This document shows positions 48,141-58,756 of a stretch of 64,000 nucleotides of DNA, one piece after another. The notes below the pieces were generated by a model. That model searched no databases. It saw only the letters and a list, made by a program, of their open reading frames with translations, and had not been told where the DNA came from. This DNA comes from Marinicella sp. (GTDB taxonomy: Bacteria; Pseudomonadota; Gammaproteobacteria; Xanthomonadales; Marinicellaceae), in assembly GCA_965230295.1 (NCBI GenBank), contig OZ246001.1:3072001-3136000 (forward strand), in the 5' to 3' direction. The position numbers were made by a program, and so were the translations under genes. The first letter of the stretch is position 1. Each line of letters begins with the position of its first letter.

Positions 48141-50555
48141 ATGCAAAACCCACAAAATAAAGCATCTGTATTACCACTGAGAGATGTGGTGATTTTCCCT
48201 GGCATGGTGGTTCCTCTGTTTGTAGGCAGAGAGAAATCTGTTTTGGCATTAGAAAATGCCATGAAAAACAATTCCCCTGTGGTCTTGGTCGCACAAAAAC
48301 AATCAGAGATTGATGATCCTCAAGCCGATGATGTTTACTCAATTGGTACCTTGTCATCAATTTTACAAATGGTTAAGTTGCAAGATGGTACTCATAAAGT
48401 CTTGATTGAAGGTAAAGTCAGGGTCCGTATCAGCGATTTAGAAGACAGTGGGTATTTCCAAGCCAATTACACTGAATTAAAAACCAATGCCAGCATCGCC
48501 GACAATGAAGCGATGGCACTGAAAAGGGCGTTGCGTGATCGCTTTAAAGATTACGTCAAAAAGCACAAAAAGATCCCAAAGGAAATCACCAACAACATCA
48601 CCAATATTGAGGATTTGTCAAAATTAACCGACACTGTATCAGCTCATTTGGTCATCAAACATCAGGAAAAACAAAAGCTGCTTGAGATGCTCGATGAGAC
48701 CGAGCGGTTAGAACACATACTGGCCATGATCGAAGCCGAATTGGAGTTGATTGTCATGGAGAAGAAAATTCGCGGTCGAGTTAAAGGTCAAATTGAAAAG
48801 AATCAGCGTGAATATTACCTCAATGAACAAATCAAAGCGATCAAAAAAGAGTTGACCGATATTGATGAATCTCATTCTGAGTTTGCTGATTTAGAAAAGA
48901 AAATCAATGAAACTCAGTTGTCAGAATCAGCGCAAGAAAAAGTAGACGCAGAGTTCAAGAAGTTACAGATGATGTCACCCATGTCAGCTGAGGCCACCGT
49001 TGTTAGGAACTATTTAGACACCATATTGGCTTTACCATGGCAACAGCGCAGTCAATTGAAGCTGGATTTATCTTATGCCAAAAAGGTGTTAGATGAAGAT
49101 CATTATGGGTTGGAAGAAATCAAGGAAAGGATCCTTGAGTATTTAGCGGTTCAACAAAGAACCCCCAAAATGAAAGGTGCCATCATGTGTTTGGTGGGCC
49201 CGCCAGGTGTGGGTAAAACTTCATTGGGTAAATCAATTGCCAAAGCAACCAACAGAAAGTTCAGTCGTTTCTCACTGGGTGGGGTGTCTGATGAATCTGA
49301 GATTCGAGGCCATCGAAGAACTTATATTGGTTCAATGCCTGGACGTGTTATCCAGAACATCACCAAAGCCAAAAAATGTAATCCAGTGATGATTCTGGAT
49401 GAGTTGGATAAGATGTCTCGTGATTTCAGGGGTGACCCTGCGGCTGCTTTGTTAGAAGTCTTAGACCCGGAACAAAACAGCGCATTTACCGATCATTACT
49501 TGGAAGTTGATTTTGATTTATCAGAAGTGATGTTCATAGCAACGGCCAATTCTTTAAACATTCCTGCTCCTTTGCGAGATCGCATGGAAATCATCAGAAT
49601 TCCAGGCTATACGGAAGAAGAAAAAATTGAAATTGCGGTGCGTTATTTATTGCCAAAGCAATTGAAGGCACATGGCTTGAAAAAATCAGAAGTTAAATTG
49701 TCCAAAGCGGCCATTAAAGACATAGTCCGTTACTATACCCGAGAGTCTGGTGTGCGAAATTTGGAGCGAGAAATTGCTAAAATTTCACGAAAAGCAGTGA
49801 AACAATTGTTGACTGATAAGAAACTAAAAACCATCAGTGTATCGGTTAAAAATTTGACTGAATACTTGGGAGTCAGAAAGGTCAGTTTCGGCGTGGCTGA
49901 AAAAGCCAATGAAGTGGGCATTGTTACTGGATTGGCCTGGACTGAGGTCGGCGGTGATTTATTGCAGATTGAAGCTGCTGTGTACCCAGGTTCTGGCAAA
50001 CTTAACTTAACGGGTCATTTGGGCAATGTGATGAAAGAATCCATACAAACGGCCTTGTCAGTGGTTAAGTCCAGAGCGGCACTGTTTGGCGTTCCTGCTG
50101 AAATATTCAACAAGAACGACATCCATGTGCATGTGCCAGAAGGAGCCACTCCCAAAGATGGTCCCAGCGCGGGAATTGGCATGTGTACTGCTTTGGTTTC
50201 AGCATTGAGCAATAACCCGGTTAAGTCAGCAGTTGCCATGACCGGTGAAATCACCTTGCGTGGTCGTGTTTTGGCGATTGGTGGCTTGAAAGAAAAATTA
50301 CTGGCTGCTCTTCGTGGTGGTGTTAAAACAGTCATCATCCCTAAAGAAAATGAAAAGAATTTAGCTGAATTGCCTCCTCAAATCACAAAAAACCTGGAAA
50401 TCATACCTGTGAAGTGGATCGATGAGGTGCTTACTTTGGCTTTATCTCAGAAAATTAAACTCATTACACCCATTGAAGAAGATTCTGAAAAGAAAAAAAG
50501 TGATGTGAGTCTGATTAAAAAGGACGAAAACATCAGTAATGAAAAAAGTCATTAA
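48141..50555 (+). CDS. lon: Lon protease
   Basis: GPPGVGKT, PKDGPSAG, IGGLKEK. Confidence 0.98.
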   Translation: MQNPQNKASVLPLRDVVIFPGMVVPLFVGREKSVLALENAMKNNSPVVLVAQKQSEIDDPQADDVYSIGTLSSILQMVKLQDGTHKVLIEGKVRVRISDLEDSGYFQANYTELKTNASIADNEAMALKRALRDRFKDYVKKHKKIPKEITNNITNIEDLSKLTDTVSAHLVIKHQEKQKLLEMLDETERLEHILAMIEAELELIVMEKKIRGRVKGQIEKNQREYYLNEQIKAIKKELTDIDESHSEFADLEKKINETQLSESAQEKVDAEFKKLQMMSPMSAEATVVRNYLDTILALPWQQRSQLKLDLSYAKKVLDEDHYGLEEIKERILEYLAVQQRTPKMKGAIMCLVGPPGVGKTSLGKSIAKATNRKFSRFSLGGVSDESEIRGHRRTYIGSMPGRVIQNITKAKKCNPVMILDELDKMSRDFRGDPAAALLEVLDPEQNSAFTDHYLEVDFDLSEVMFIATANSLNIPAPLRDRMEIIRIPGYTEEEKIEIAVRYLLPKQLKAHGLKKSEVKLSKAAIKDIVRYYTRESGVRNLEREIAKISRKAVKQLLTDKKLKTISVSVKNLTEYLGVRKVSFGVAEKANEVGIVTGLAWTEVGGDLLQIEAAVYPGSGKLNLTGHLGNVMKESIQTALSVVKSRAALFGVPAEIFNKNDIHVHVPEGATPKDGPSAGIGMCTALVSALSNNPVKSAVAMTGEITLRGRVLAIGGLKEKLLAALRGGVKTVIIPKENEKNLAELPPQITKNLEIIPVKWIDEVLTLALSQKIKLITPIEEDSEKKKSDVSLIKKDENISNEKSH

Positions 50556-50797
50556 CAATGAATGATTAAAGCGTATTTGTTAATGTGATTTTTTGTGTTA
50601 TTTTTTGATCTATATCCCACTATTTTACAAATTATAACTTGCTTATGAAATCAAGCTATGCTTGGGATTGCGATGGTTTTTGGGCTTAAAAAAAATAATA
50701 AAAATATATTAGCAAAACCGCCTCAAACTGTTATAAAATGCGCCTTTCTTGACGTTGATGTCAATTATTAAAAATAACAAGACGAAGGAGTTACACA

Positions 50798-51070
50798 ATG
50801 AAAAAACAAGATTTTATCAAAGCTGTTGCTGACAGTGCGAATGTATCACAATCTACTGCTGCTGACTGTTTTGATGCTGTGGTTGATACCATCACTTCAT
50901 CATTGAAAAAAGGTGAAAAATTAACTTTTGTTGGTTTTGGAACTTTTGCTGTAAAAGAGCGTGCTGCTAGACAAGGACGTAACCCAAGAACTGGTGCCAC
51001 CATCCAAATTGCTGCTGCAAAAATTCCATCATTTAAAGCTGGTAAAGCATTAAAAGACGCAGTAAACTAA
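50798..51070 (+). CDS. hupB: HU DNA-binding protein
   Basis: GFGTF, RQGRNPRTG, follows lon. Confidence 0.9.
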   Translation: MKKQDFIKAVADSANVSQSTAADCFDAVVDTITSSLKKGEKLTFVGFGTFAVKERAARQGRNPRTGATIQIAAAKIPSFKAGKALKDAVN

Positions 51071-51082
51071 CGCCCCTGAATC

Positions 51083-51158
51083 GGGTGCTTAGCTCAGCTG
51101 GGAGAGCATCGCCCTTACAAGGCGAGGGTCGGGGGTTCGATCCCCTCAGCACCCACCA
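51083..51158 (+). tRNA. tRNA-Val(TAC)
   Basis: TCGCC-CT-TAC-AA-GGCGA, CCA end. Confidence 0.95.
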
Positions 51159-51163
51159 GATTC

Positions 51164-51240
51164 GGAGCGGTAGTTCAGTTGGTTAGAATACCGGCCTGTC
51201 ACGCCGGGGGTCGCGGGTTCGAGTCCCGTCCGCTCCGCCA
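51164..51240 (+). tRNA. tRNA-Asp(GTC)
   Basis: CCGGC-CT-GTC-AC-GCCGG, CCA end. Confidence 0.95.
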
Positions 51241-51248
51241 TACAAAAG

Positions 51249-51278
51249 AAGGGTGTCATTGTGACACCCTTTTTTTTT
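51249..51278 (+). terminator. Rho-independent terminator
   Basis: AAGGGTGTCA-ttg-TGACACCCTT followed by a T-run. Confidence 0.85.
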
Positions 51279-51303
51279 AAGAAACTTTTATGTGATTTAA
51301 ACT

Positions 51304-53208
51304 ATGTTAACTTGGATAAGAAAAAAATCTACAGGACTTTTCATGACACTGGTCATGATTTTATTGATTGCGGCATTTGCTTTGTGGGGAGTGGGTGACT
51401 ATTTTACACAGTCAGGTAATGACACCATTGCTACAGTCAATGGAGAAGTCATTACATACACCGATTTCAACAGTCAATTCAGCACCCAACGACAACAAAT
51501 GATGGCTCAATATGGTGAGGGTTTGGATCCCAGTGTATTCGACTCACCCATGATGCGCAGAAATTTTCTTGAGTCAATGATCAACAGTGAATTGGTGAGA
51601 CAAGTGGCTCATGACAACGGATATACCGTAACTGCTGATGAAATTCGCCAAACCATTGAATCGGCCCCTGCCTTTAAAGATGAAAATGGACAGTTTGATA
51701 AATCACTTTATGCAGCCTTCTTAAGTCAAACCAACCAGTCTGCACAATTACTACAAATGAAGATTGCTGAAGAGCAAGCTGGTCAGGCATTGAATGGGAT
51801 GTTTTCTACATCGGCATTCATTACACCATTTGAAGAAAAGAAAATGGCTCAGCTTAATAAGCAAACCAGAGACATTGAGTATGTGACCATTTCACCGAGT
51901 GACTTTTTAGAACAATCAACCATCAGTGATGAAGAGATACAAAGTTATTTTGATGAAAACTCAAGTCAATACATGACCGATGAAATGGTGGCTGTTAATT
52001 ACATAGAGTTAAACGCTCAAGATGTTGCACAGGGTATTGAAATTTCTGAAGCCGATGCATTGGAATATTTCGAGGCCAACAGAAGTGCTTATGTTCAACC
52101 CGAACAAAGACTGGCATCACACATTTTATTGAACAACGATGACTCATCTGATGAAGTACTGGCTGAAGTCCAGGCTAAACTGGCTGCTGGTGAAGAATTT
52201 GCAGAGCTGGCTAAAACATATTCACAAGACCCGGGTTCTGGTGCTGCCGGCGGCGATTTAGGCTGGGTGGTTCCTGGCGACATGGTTGAAGAGTTCGAAA
52301 CGGCTTTGTTTGCCATGGATCTTAACACTGTCAGTGAACCGGTTGAAACCCAGTTTGGTATTCATTTGATCCAATTGAATGACATCAAAGAAGAAACGGG
52401 TGAAGTTTACGAGGCCGTAAAAGAAGACATCATTGCCGCCCTACAGGCGCAAGATTCAGAGTCTTTATTCCTGGACCAGGCCAGTCAATTGGCTGAGGCG
52501 GTACTTGATGCGCAAAGTGGTTTAGAAGATGTGGCTGAGTCAATGGGTTATGAAATGAAAACCACAGAACTGTTTCCACGCACTGGTGGTGAAGGTGTCA
52601 GCAGCAATGTCGAATTCATCAAAGCTGCTTTCTCTTCAACGGTGAAAGATGAATTGATGAATTCAGATTTGATCAACCTTTCTGATACCCATGTTGCTTT
52701 TGTTCATATCAATGAAATCAAAGATGCGGAAGTCAAGCCACTTGAAGAAGTGAAAGAAGCCATTGAGGTCACTTTGAAAAATGAAAAAGCCAATGAAGCG
52801 GCAAGTGAGTTAGCTCAAACCTTGGTAGACCTGTATCAGGATAATGAACAAACGTTGGCTGAAGTTGCGGCGTCCTATGAAACAGAAGCACAAACAGCTG
52901 AAGCTGTGACCCGTGTGGGATCATCTTTGCCATTTAATCTGGTCAAAGAAGTTTTTGAGTTAAGTCGTCCAGTTGAAGGCAACAAAAAAGCACATGTCTT
53001 GACTGGCAATGGCAATGATGTTGTTGTGGTTAATCTATTGTCTGTCAATGATGTAGACCTTGAAACTTTAGAAAACATTCAAGCAGAAGGTGTTCAACTC
53101 AGCAGAAACATCAGGAATAACGAACAACAGTTGTTAATCCAGGCTTTGCGAGAATCTGCCAGTGTGACCATCAATGAAGATTTGTTGAATCAGATTAATA
53201 ACTTGTAA
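51304..53208 (+). CDS. ppiD: Periplasmic chaperone PpiD
   Basis: N-terminal TM, SurA-N domain, parvulin motifs SHIL/GGDLGW/FGIHLI, hupB-linked. Confidence 0.9.
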   Translation: MLTWIRKKSTGLFMTLVMILLIAAFALWGVGDYFTQSGNDTIATVNGEVITYTDFNSQFSTQRQQMMAQYGEGLDPSVFDSPMMRRNFLESMINSELVRQVAHDNGYTVTADEIRQTIESAPAFKDENGQFDKSLYAAFLSQTNQSAQLLQMKIAEEQAGQALNGMFSTSAFITPFEEKKMAQLNKQTRDIEYVTISPSDFLEQSTISDEEIQSYFDENSSQYMTDEMVAVNYIELNAQDVAQGIEISEADALEYFEANRSAYVQPEQRLASHILLNNDDSSDEVLAEVQAKLAAGEEFAELAKTYSQDPGSGAAGGDLGWVVPGDMVEEFETALFAMDLNTVSEPVETQFGIHLIQLNDIKEETGEVYEAVKEDIIAALQAQDSESLFLDQASQLAEAVLDAQSGLEDVAESMGYEMKTTELFPRTGGEGVSSNVEFIKAAFSSTVKDELMNSDLINLSDTHVAFVHINEIKDAEVKPLEEVKEAIEVTLKNEKANEAASELAQTLVDLYQDNEQTLAEVAASYETEAQTAEAVTRVGSSLPFNLVKEVFELSRPVEGNKKAHVLTGNGNDVVVVNLLSVNDVDLETLENIQAEGVQLSRNIRNNEQQLLIQALRESASVTINEDLLNQINNL

Positions 53209-53228
53209 CTGAATTTATCTTCTTCAAT

Positions 53229-53256
53229 AAAAAAGGAGCCAATGGCTCCTTTTTTT
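53229..53256. terminator. Bidirectional terminator
   Basis: AAAAAAGGAGCCA-a-TGGCTCCTTTTTTT between convergent genes. Confidence 0.85.
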
Positions 53257-53283
53257 ATGCTTCTCTTTAGTCGGTTGTTAGGG

Positions 53284-54555
53284 TCAGTCCTCATACTTGG
53301 TTTTAAACCGTTCATAAAGCGCTTGCTGACGGGTGTGTAACTCAATCTCCCTGCCATCGATATAAGCTTCTGTGATTTGATTGCCGCGCATATCCAGAGC
53401 ATCTCCTTCACTGATGAAAAAAGTGGCACTTTTACCAATCTCTAAGGATCCATAGTTTTCTTCAACTCCCAATATCTTGGCTGCATTTAATGTGATCATG
53501 CTCAAGGCGTCATTGATGTCATTGCCATAGGCCACTGTGGTGCCAGCTGTAAAAGCTAAGTTCCTGGAACTCATCGATCCTGGGTAGCTCAGGGCCGTTA
53601 AGATTCCGGCCTTCTGCAGTTTTGCTGGCAAGGCATAAGCGGCATCTACCGAACTGTCACTGAGGTGGGGCAGGGAGTGAACTGATCTCAATATCACACT
53701 CACACCGGAATCCTTGATGAAATCAATGACCTTTTCTGCAGCCTGGTCGGTAACAACGACTACATTTGATGGAGTCTCTAGTGATTGAAAATATTGTACG
53801 CCTTCAATGATGGACTTGGGGTTGTTGGTGTGGAGAAAGATGGTCTTTTCACCCGTAAAGACCGGTTTGACTGCATTGAGTTTTACATTGGTATTGCTGG
53901 TATCTGCTTTGGCATCAGTAAAGATCTGTTTGATTTTATGCACCTTATGTGCATATTTTTTGTCTTCTTTGAGTTGCATGGTGAACGTGCTGAAATCAAA
54001 CTTTTTTGACCACTGAGCGGGCCAATTGATGTGAATGCCATTATCGGCTTTCACCACCGCATCTTCCCAATTCCAGGCATCCAAGTGAACCACAGAGGAT
54101 GTGCCGCTGATTAGACCTCCAGAAGGCGTTATTTGGGCCAGGAGAATGCCGTTAAACCGCATAGTAGGGATGCGTTCTGAATCGGTGTTGAAAGATGTCA
54201 GGCTGCGTATATTGGGATTCAGTTGTCCTGTCTCGCTGGTGTCAACAGTGGCCCTCACTGCATCAATTTCAGTCAGGCCTAAATTGGTGTTAGCGAGAAT
54301 GAACCCTGGATAAATGTGCTGCCCTTTGAGGTCGATTTCTTTTCCAGTAGCAGCCATCCTGTAATAGCCAGCTCGAGTGATTTTCCCATCTGCTATAGCA
54401 AATTGAGCATTCTCTAATACCTGTCCATTGCCCACATGTATGTTGGCATTGATGAAGATTTTTTCTACAGGTTTTCCGTCATTGGGTACAGGAGTGATGG
54501 CTTGCGCAGTCAAAGCCGAGATTAAAAATAAGGAGGTGGTCATAAATTTTTTCAT
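53284..54555 (-). CDS. Secreted amidohydrolase-family protein (degenerate metal site)
   Basis: YPGFILANTNLG in place of the D-x-H-x-H motif, plus GSLEIGKSATF. Confidence 0.8.
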   Translation of the reverse strand: MKKFMTTSLFLISALTAQAITPVPNDGKPVEKIFINANIHVGNGQVLENAQFAIADGKITRAGYYRMAATGKEIDLKGQHIYPGFILANTNLGLTEIDAVRATVDTSETGQLNPNIRSLTSFNTDSERIPTMRFNGILLAQITPSGGLISGTSSVVHLDAWNWEDAVVKADNGIHINWPAQWSKKFDFSTFTMQLKEDKKYAHKVHKIKQIFTDAKADTSNTNVKLNAVKPVFTGEKTIFLHTNNPKSIIEGVQYFQSLETPSNVVVVTDQAAEKVIDFIKDSGVSVILRSVHSLPHLSDSSVDAAYALPAKLQKAGILTALSYPGSMSSRNLAFTAGTTVAYGNDINDALSMITLNAAKILGVEENYGSLEIGKSATFFISEGDALDMRGNQITEAYIDGREIELHTRQQALYERFKTKYED

Positions 54556-57500
54556 TGTGCTGCTCCATGAAAAAGTAAGTGGTCAATGTGTTCATAGCCG
54601 GTGATGCTCTCACATTCAAAAGTTTTGGCAGGTTTTGATTTGCGTTTTGATTTTTTACCTTTGGTGTTTCTGCTGGCTGTGATTAACCTGTTTTTCTCTT
54701 CAGCAATCATGGCTTCAAGCTTGGGTTGTTGTGAGCGATCGAAATAGATGGTGCCATCAACCATGGTTTTCTCAGCTTTGGCATAAATAGAAAGTGGATT
54801 GTGAGACCACAAAACCAGATCAGCATCTTTACCTGCTTTGATACTGCCCATGCGATCATCTAGGTGCAACAATTTAGCAGGGTTCAAAGTCACCAACTTC
54901 CAGGCATCTTCTTCTGACAAGCCACCATATTTAATTGACTTAGCGGCTTCTTGGTTTAACCGTCGTGACATCTCCCCTGAATCGGAGTTGATGGCGGTAA
55001 CCACCCCGGCATTGTTCATCAAGGCCGCATTGTAAGGAATGGCATAATTGACTTCCCATTTGTAGGCCCACCAATCAGAAAAAGTTGATGCGCCCACGCC
55101 ATGTTGTTGCATTTTATCTGCCAATTTATAGCCTTCTAGAATGTGGGTGAAAGTGTTGATGTAGAAACCAAAATCATCGGCCACATGCATCAGCATATTG
55201 ATCTCGGACTGTACGTATGAATGACAGGACACAAAACGATCCTGATTAAGCACTTCTAATGTGGCCTCCATGACCAAATCCCTTCGAGGTGCTGTTGCAT
55301 TCTTTTTGGCACTTCTGCTGAGTTTGTTGTAGTCATCCCAAGCCTTTTCATAGGCTTTGGCTTGGGTGAAGGCATCACGGAAAACCTGCTCAACCCCCAT
55401 TCTTGTTAATGGATATCGGATAGATTTGTTGTTTCTGGAACGTTTGACATTTTCACCCAATGCAAATTTGATGAAGCCATCAGCCCCTTCAATTAACATG
55501 TCCTCAGGTCGATCAACGCCCCAGCGCATCTTGATCAAAGCCGATTGACCTCCTATGGGGTTGGCTGAACCATGTAGCAGTTGTGCCGCAGTAACACCAC
55601 CTGATAAGTTGCGATAAATATTCACGTCATGTGGGTTGATGGCATCTTGCATCCTGACCATGGATGAATTGACCGCAATGTCATTGACGGAGAGCAGGGC
55701 GATGTGGGCATGCTCATCGATGATGCCACTGGTTAAGTGCATGTCAGTGCCATCGATTTCCAGGCCGTTGTTTCCGATCGATAAGTCTTTGCCTATTTTT
55801 TGGATGGTGCCACCCTCGACCATCACATCTGTGTTCAATAAGATGCCTTCTGATTCGTTGGTCCATACAGTGGCATTTTTGATGAGCACTTGATTGTGTT
55901 CTATAGGATCTGCCATTCCATAAGCAGTGAATGGGCTTGGTATGGTTGGCATTTCAACAACATCAGATTTGTTTGGGTCTACATCAGCTGATTCAGTTTC
56001 CAAGTCAGTTGATCTGGCAACAGACCAATTGGCCGGTTCTATGGGGGTCAATTGACGACCACTGATCAAAGCGAGGTACTCATGTGATTCAGTTTCACTT
56101 GTCATTGTCAGGGTAAGAAAACTGCCTGCAGCTTTGATTTTGTATTTGTGTTCATCTTCATCATCAGCCGCAATTTTTAATTTGCCCATATCATCTGATA
56201 ATTTGAAGGTAAATGTTTGGTCTGCATCGGTCAGTACATATTGACCTGGATGTAATTTGGGTAAACCTTTGGCCACATGAGGTATGCCGGCGACCCAGGT
56301 TTCTGCGATGTAGGTTTGCTTGTCCAAAATCGGGCCATTTGTGACGATAAAATTTGCCAGCTTTCCGGTCTCGAGGCTACCAATGTCCTGATTATCTAGA
56401 ATTCGAGCAGGAATGGTGGTTAATGCCCTGAGGGCGGTTTGTTTATTGAGCCCTTTTTCATGTGCGGCTCTGAGGTCTTTTAGGAAGCTGTCAATGCCTT
56501 TGGCTGAACCATCAGGCACCAAAGCGAATTCAACACCGTGTTGATCCAGTAGTGCCGGGTTAAATGGCGCCACTTCCCAGGCTTTTAAATCTTTATAATT
56601 GACATTCCAGGCATCAAGCTCGTTATTTACAGTGGGTGCTCCAGGCGTGCTGAGGGGCACGATTAATGTCTGTTTGCTGTCTTTAATGGCTTGCAGGTTC
56701 TGGAAAGAGTCAGCGGCCGTTTTTACCACAAACCGGGTGTTGAACTCTTTGGCGATTTTTTCAGCCAACAGGCTTTCTTGCCATTTATCAACACTGATGA
56801 TCTTTGGCAGGTCCTTGTTGTCATTGATGGCTGCCAAATCAAAATCAATCATTTCGTTCTGTTGCTGGTACCAACTGGCATCTAACCAAGTTTGTCTTAT
56901 CAAAGCAACATATCCCATCAATGAGATGGGGTAGTCTTGTTTTGAAGAGCCTTTATCAAATGAAAAATGCTGAGCAGCTCTGGCATCAATGATATTCAGT
57001 TCATCAGCCTGGTTGGCCAAGTGTGTCAAAACTGAAGTGCCTCGCATCACACCATCTTTTCTGTGACTGAGCGCAGTGGTGAAACCTGCAGCCCTGTATT
57101 TGGCATTGCTTTTTTCATCATTGCTGTAGTTTTCTGCTGCATTCCAGGATGCTTTGATGGCTTCATTGCTGTTGTATGCGCCAGAAATGGTGCTGTTGAT
57201 GGTTTCAGCCTTGCTCCAGACAAAAGGTGCTTTTGGTTCAGCTTCTGGTAACCCAATGTTGCTGTCCAGGTGGATAAAACCTGGGTAAATGTGCAGGCCC
57301 GAGTAGTCAACGGTTGCCGCATGGTCAGGAACTTTGTTGTCTTTTTCAATACCAACAATGCGGTCATTTTGAAACAACAATGTGGCGTTTTTAATGGTTG
57401 TAACAGAATCAATATGGATGGTTGCATGGGTCAAGGCCGTCATGGTGTTGCGGTTATCAACATTGCCGTTGACGACATCAGTGGGCACTTGTGCAGCTTG

Positions 57501-57557
57501 GGTCATTTGGCTGCACGCAAGTACAGCCCAAGCTGAAAATTTGAGTTTTAGTTTCAT
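54552..57557 (-). CDS. Secreted tandem amidohydrolase
   Basis: Two amidohydrolase domains; the second has GIIDEHAH, KFALGEN, INSDS, GSIKAGKDADLV. Confidence 0.85.
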   Translation of the reverse strand: MKLKLKFSAWAVLACSQMTQAAQVPTDVVNGNVDNRNTMTALTHATIHIDSVTTIKNATLLFQNDRIVGIEKDNKVPDHAATVDYSGLHIYPGFIHLDSNIGLPEAEPKAPFVWSKAETINSTISGAYNSNEAIKASWNAAENYSNDEKSNAKYRAAGFTTALSHRKDGVMRGTSVLTHLANQADELNIIDARAAQHFSFDKGSSKQDYPISLMGYVALIRQTWLDASWYQQQNEMIDFDLAAINDNKDLPKIISVDKWQESLLAEKIAKEFNTRFVVKTAADSFQNLQAIKDSKQTLIVPLSTPGAPTVNNELDAWNVNYKDLKAWEVAPFNPALLDQHGVEFALVPDGSAKGIDSFLKDLRAAHEKGLNKQTALRALTTIPARILDNQDIGSLETGKLANFIVTNGPILDKQTYIAETWVAGIPHVAKGLPKLHPGQYVLTDADQTFTFKLSDDMGKLKIAADDEDEHKYKIKAAGSFLTLTMTSETESHEYLALISGRQLTPIEPANWSVARSTDLETESADVDPNKSDVVEMPTIPSPFTAYGMADPIEHNQVLIKNATVWTNESEGILLNTDVMVEGGTIQKIGKDLSIGNNGLEIDGTDMHLTSGIIDEHAHIALLSVNDIAVNSSMVRMQDAINPHDVNIYRNLSGGVTAAQLLHGSANPIGGQSALIKMRWGVDRPEDMLIEGADGFIKFALGENVKRSRNNKSIRYPLTRMGVEQVFRDAFTQAKAYEKAWDDYNKLSRSAKKNATAPRRDLVMEATLEVLNQDRFVSCHSYVQSEINMLMHVADDFGFYINTFTHILEGYKLADKMQQHGVGASTFSDWWAYKWEVNYAIPYNAALMNNAGVVTAINSDSGEMSRRLNQEAAKSIKYGGLSEEDAWKLVTLNPAKLLHLDDRMGSIKAGKDADLVLWSHNPLSIYAKAEKTMVDGTIYFDRSQQPKLEAMIAEEKNRLITASRNTKGKKSKRKSKPAKTFECESITGYEHIDHLLFHGAAQ

Positions 57558-58075
57558 TATTTTCCTAGCTTAAGAAGTCGAGTTAAAAGTTTAGAGGTGG
57601 TTACCGGATCTCTGAATAACCAGGCATGATGTAGTGCGCGGTTAACTTCAGAACCAATGATGGTGTGTACCTTGTTACCATCAATGTAAACTTGAGTTCC
57701 TGAGTCCGGAGAGAAATAGAACTGCCAGCGGTCGAATCGATTGGTTTCAGGCAGTTTTTTGATCAAGCGATTGATGATGACTTGATTGAATTTGATGGCT
57801 TCGGGGTCTTTGATTTGGTTTTCCAGCAGTTCCCTGAAGTGGAGATCAACTTGTTCTTTGCTGGTTGTTGGAGCCAACCATTCAAGATCAAATTGAATGA
57901 CTTGCACGCCGTTTCGAATGTCATTGATGTCATGCACACCTTTGGGTGCCATGAGGTTGATGCGGTAAGGGGTTTTGTAGCCCCAAGTGATTTCTGCTTC
58001 ACCTACTTTAACCCACTGTTCAGGGTCGGTGTTTACACCGCTCAGTAACAATGCCAGCATGATAAAAAATTTCAT
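57557..58075 (-). CDS. Chalcone-isomerase-like exported protein
   Basis: Signal peptide, VGEAEITW, and a F.P..GT......AWL pattern. Confidence 0.5.
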   Translation of the reverse strand: MKFFIMLALLLSGVNTDPEQWVKVGEAEITWGYKTPYRINLMAPKGVHDINDIRNGVQVIQFDLEWLAPTTSKEQVDLHFRELLENQIKDPEAIKFNQVIINRLIKKLPETNRFDRWQFYFSPDSGTQVYIDGNKVHTIIGSEVNRALHHAWLFRDPVTTSKLLTRLLKLGK

Positions 58076-58202
58076 ACTTTTATTGTACTTGAATATTTTG
58101 GGGTCTACACTGAAATTTTGTTAAACAATTCTCAGAAATCAATACCACAGGGCAGAATTAATCAGGACTTTACAATTGTCGAAAAAGATAAGCAAGGAAG
58201 GT

Positions 58203-58279
58203 TGGTGGCTATACCGGGACTTGAACCTGGGACCCCAGCATTATGAATGCTGTGCTCTAACCAACTGAGCTATATAGCC
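58203..58279 (-). tRNA. tRNA-Met(CAT), elongator
   Basis: Reverse strand GGCTATATAGCTCAG...CAGCA-TT-CAT-AA-TGCTG...TAGCCACCA. Confidence 0.9.
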
Positions 58280-58365
58280 ACGAGAGCGCGAATTTTCTAT
58301 GTAAATGACCCATTTGTCAAGTGCTTCAAATAAAAAATAATTCAAAAGTCCCTCAGGCTGACGTT

Positions 58366-58674
58366 TTAGTGCTTGGAGCCTGCATCAGGTGTTGGCTGAG
58401 TTTTGTATAAGATTAAATAAATCATGGGTGCAATTGACCCTGTGGCACAGGTGGCGATGATCCAGGGCCAGGGGTTTCGTCCTGTCTTTTTGGCATCTTG
58501 CCACAGCCACACCAAAAACAAAGCCAGTGCGATGACTAAGTCAGTCAGCACCTGAATGCCTGCAAAACTGCTCAATTGAAATGTGAACAGTCCCACATAA
58601 CCGTGGTGCCACAAGGCAATTCCAGTCAAAGCTAAAAATAACAACAACGTGATGCTCAAGCCAATTTTTTTCAT
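58366..58674 (-). CDS. DUF2834-like membrane protein
   Basis: QVLTDLVIAL..W.WQDAK...GSIAP.IYL. Confidence 0.7.
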   Translation of the reverse strand: MKKIGLSITLLLFLALTGIALWHHGYVGLFTFQLSSFAGIQVLTDLVIALALFLVWLWQDAKKTGRNPWPWIIATCATGSIAPMIYLILYKTQPTPDAGSKH

Positions 58675-58756
58675 GTGTTTACTCCGTATAAATATTCAGT
58701 GGAGGTATGATGCCTGTTGTGGTGTAATGTGGCCATTACCTCAGAGGTCATGTGAC

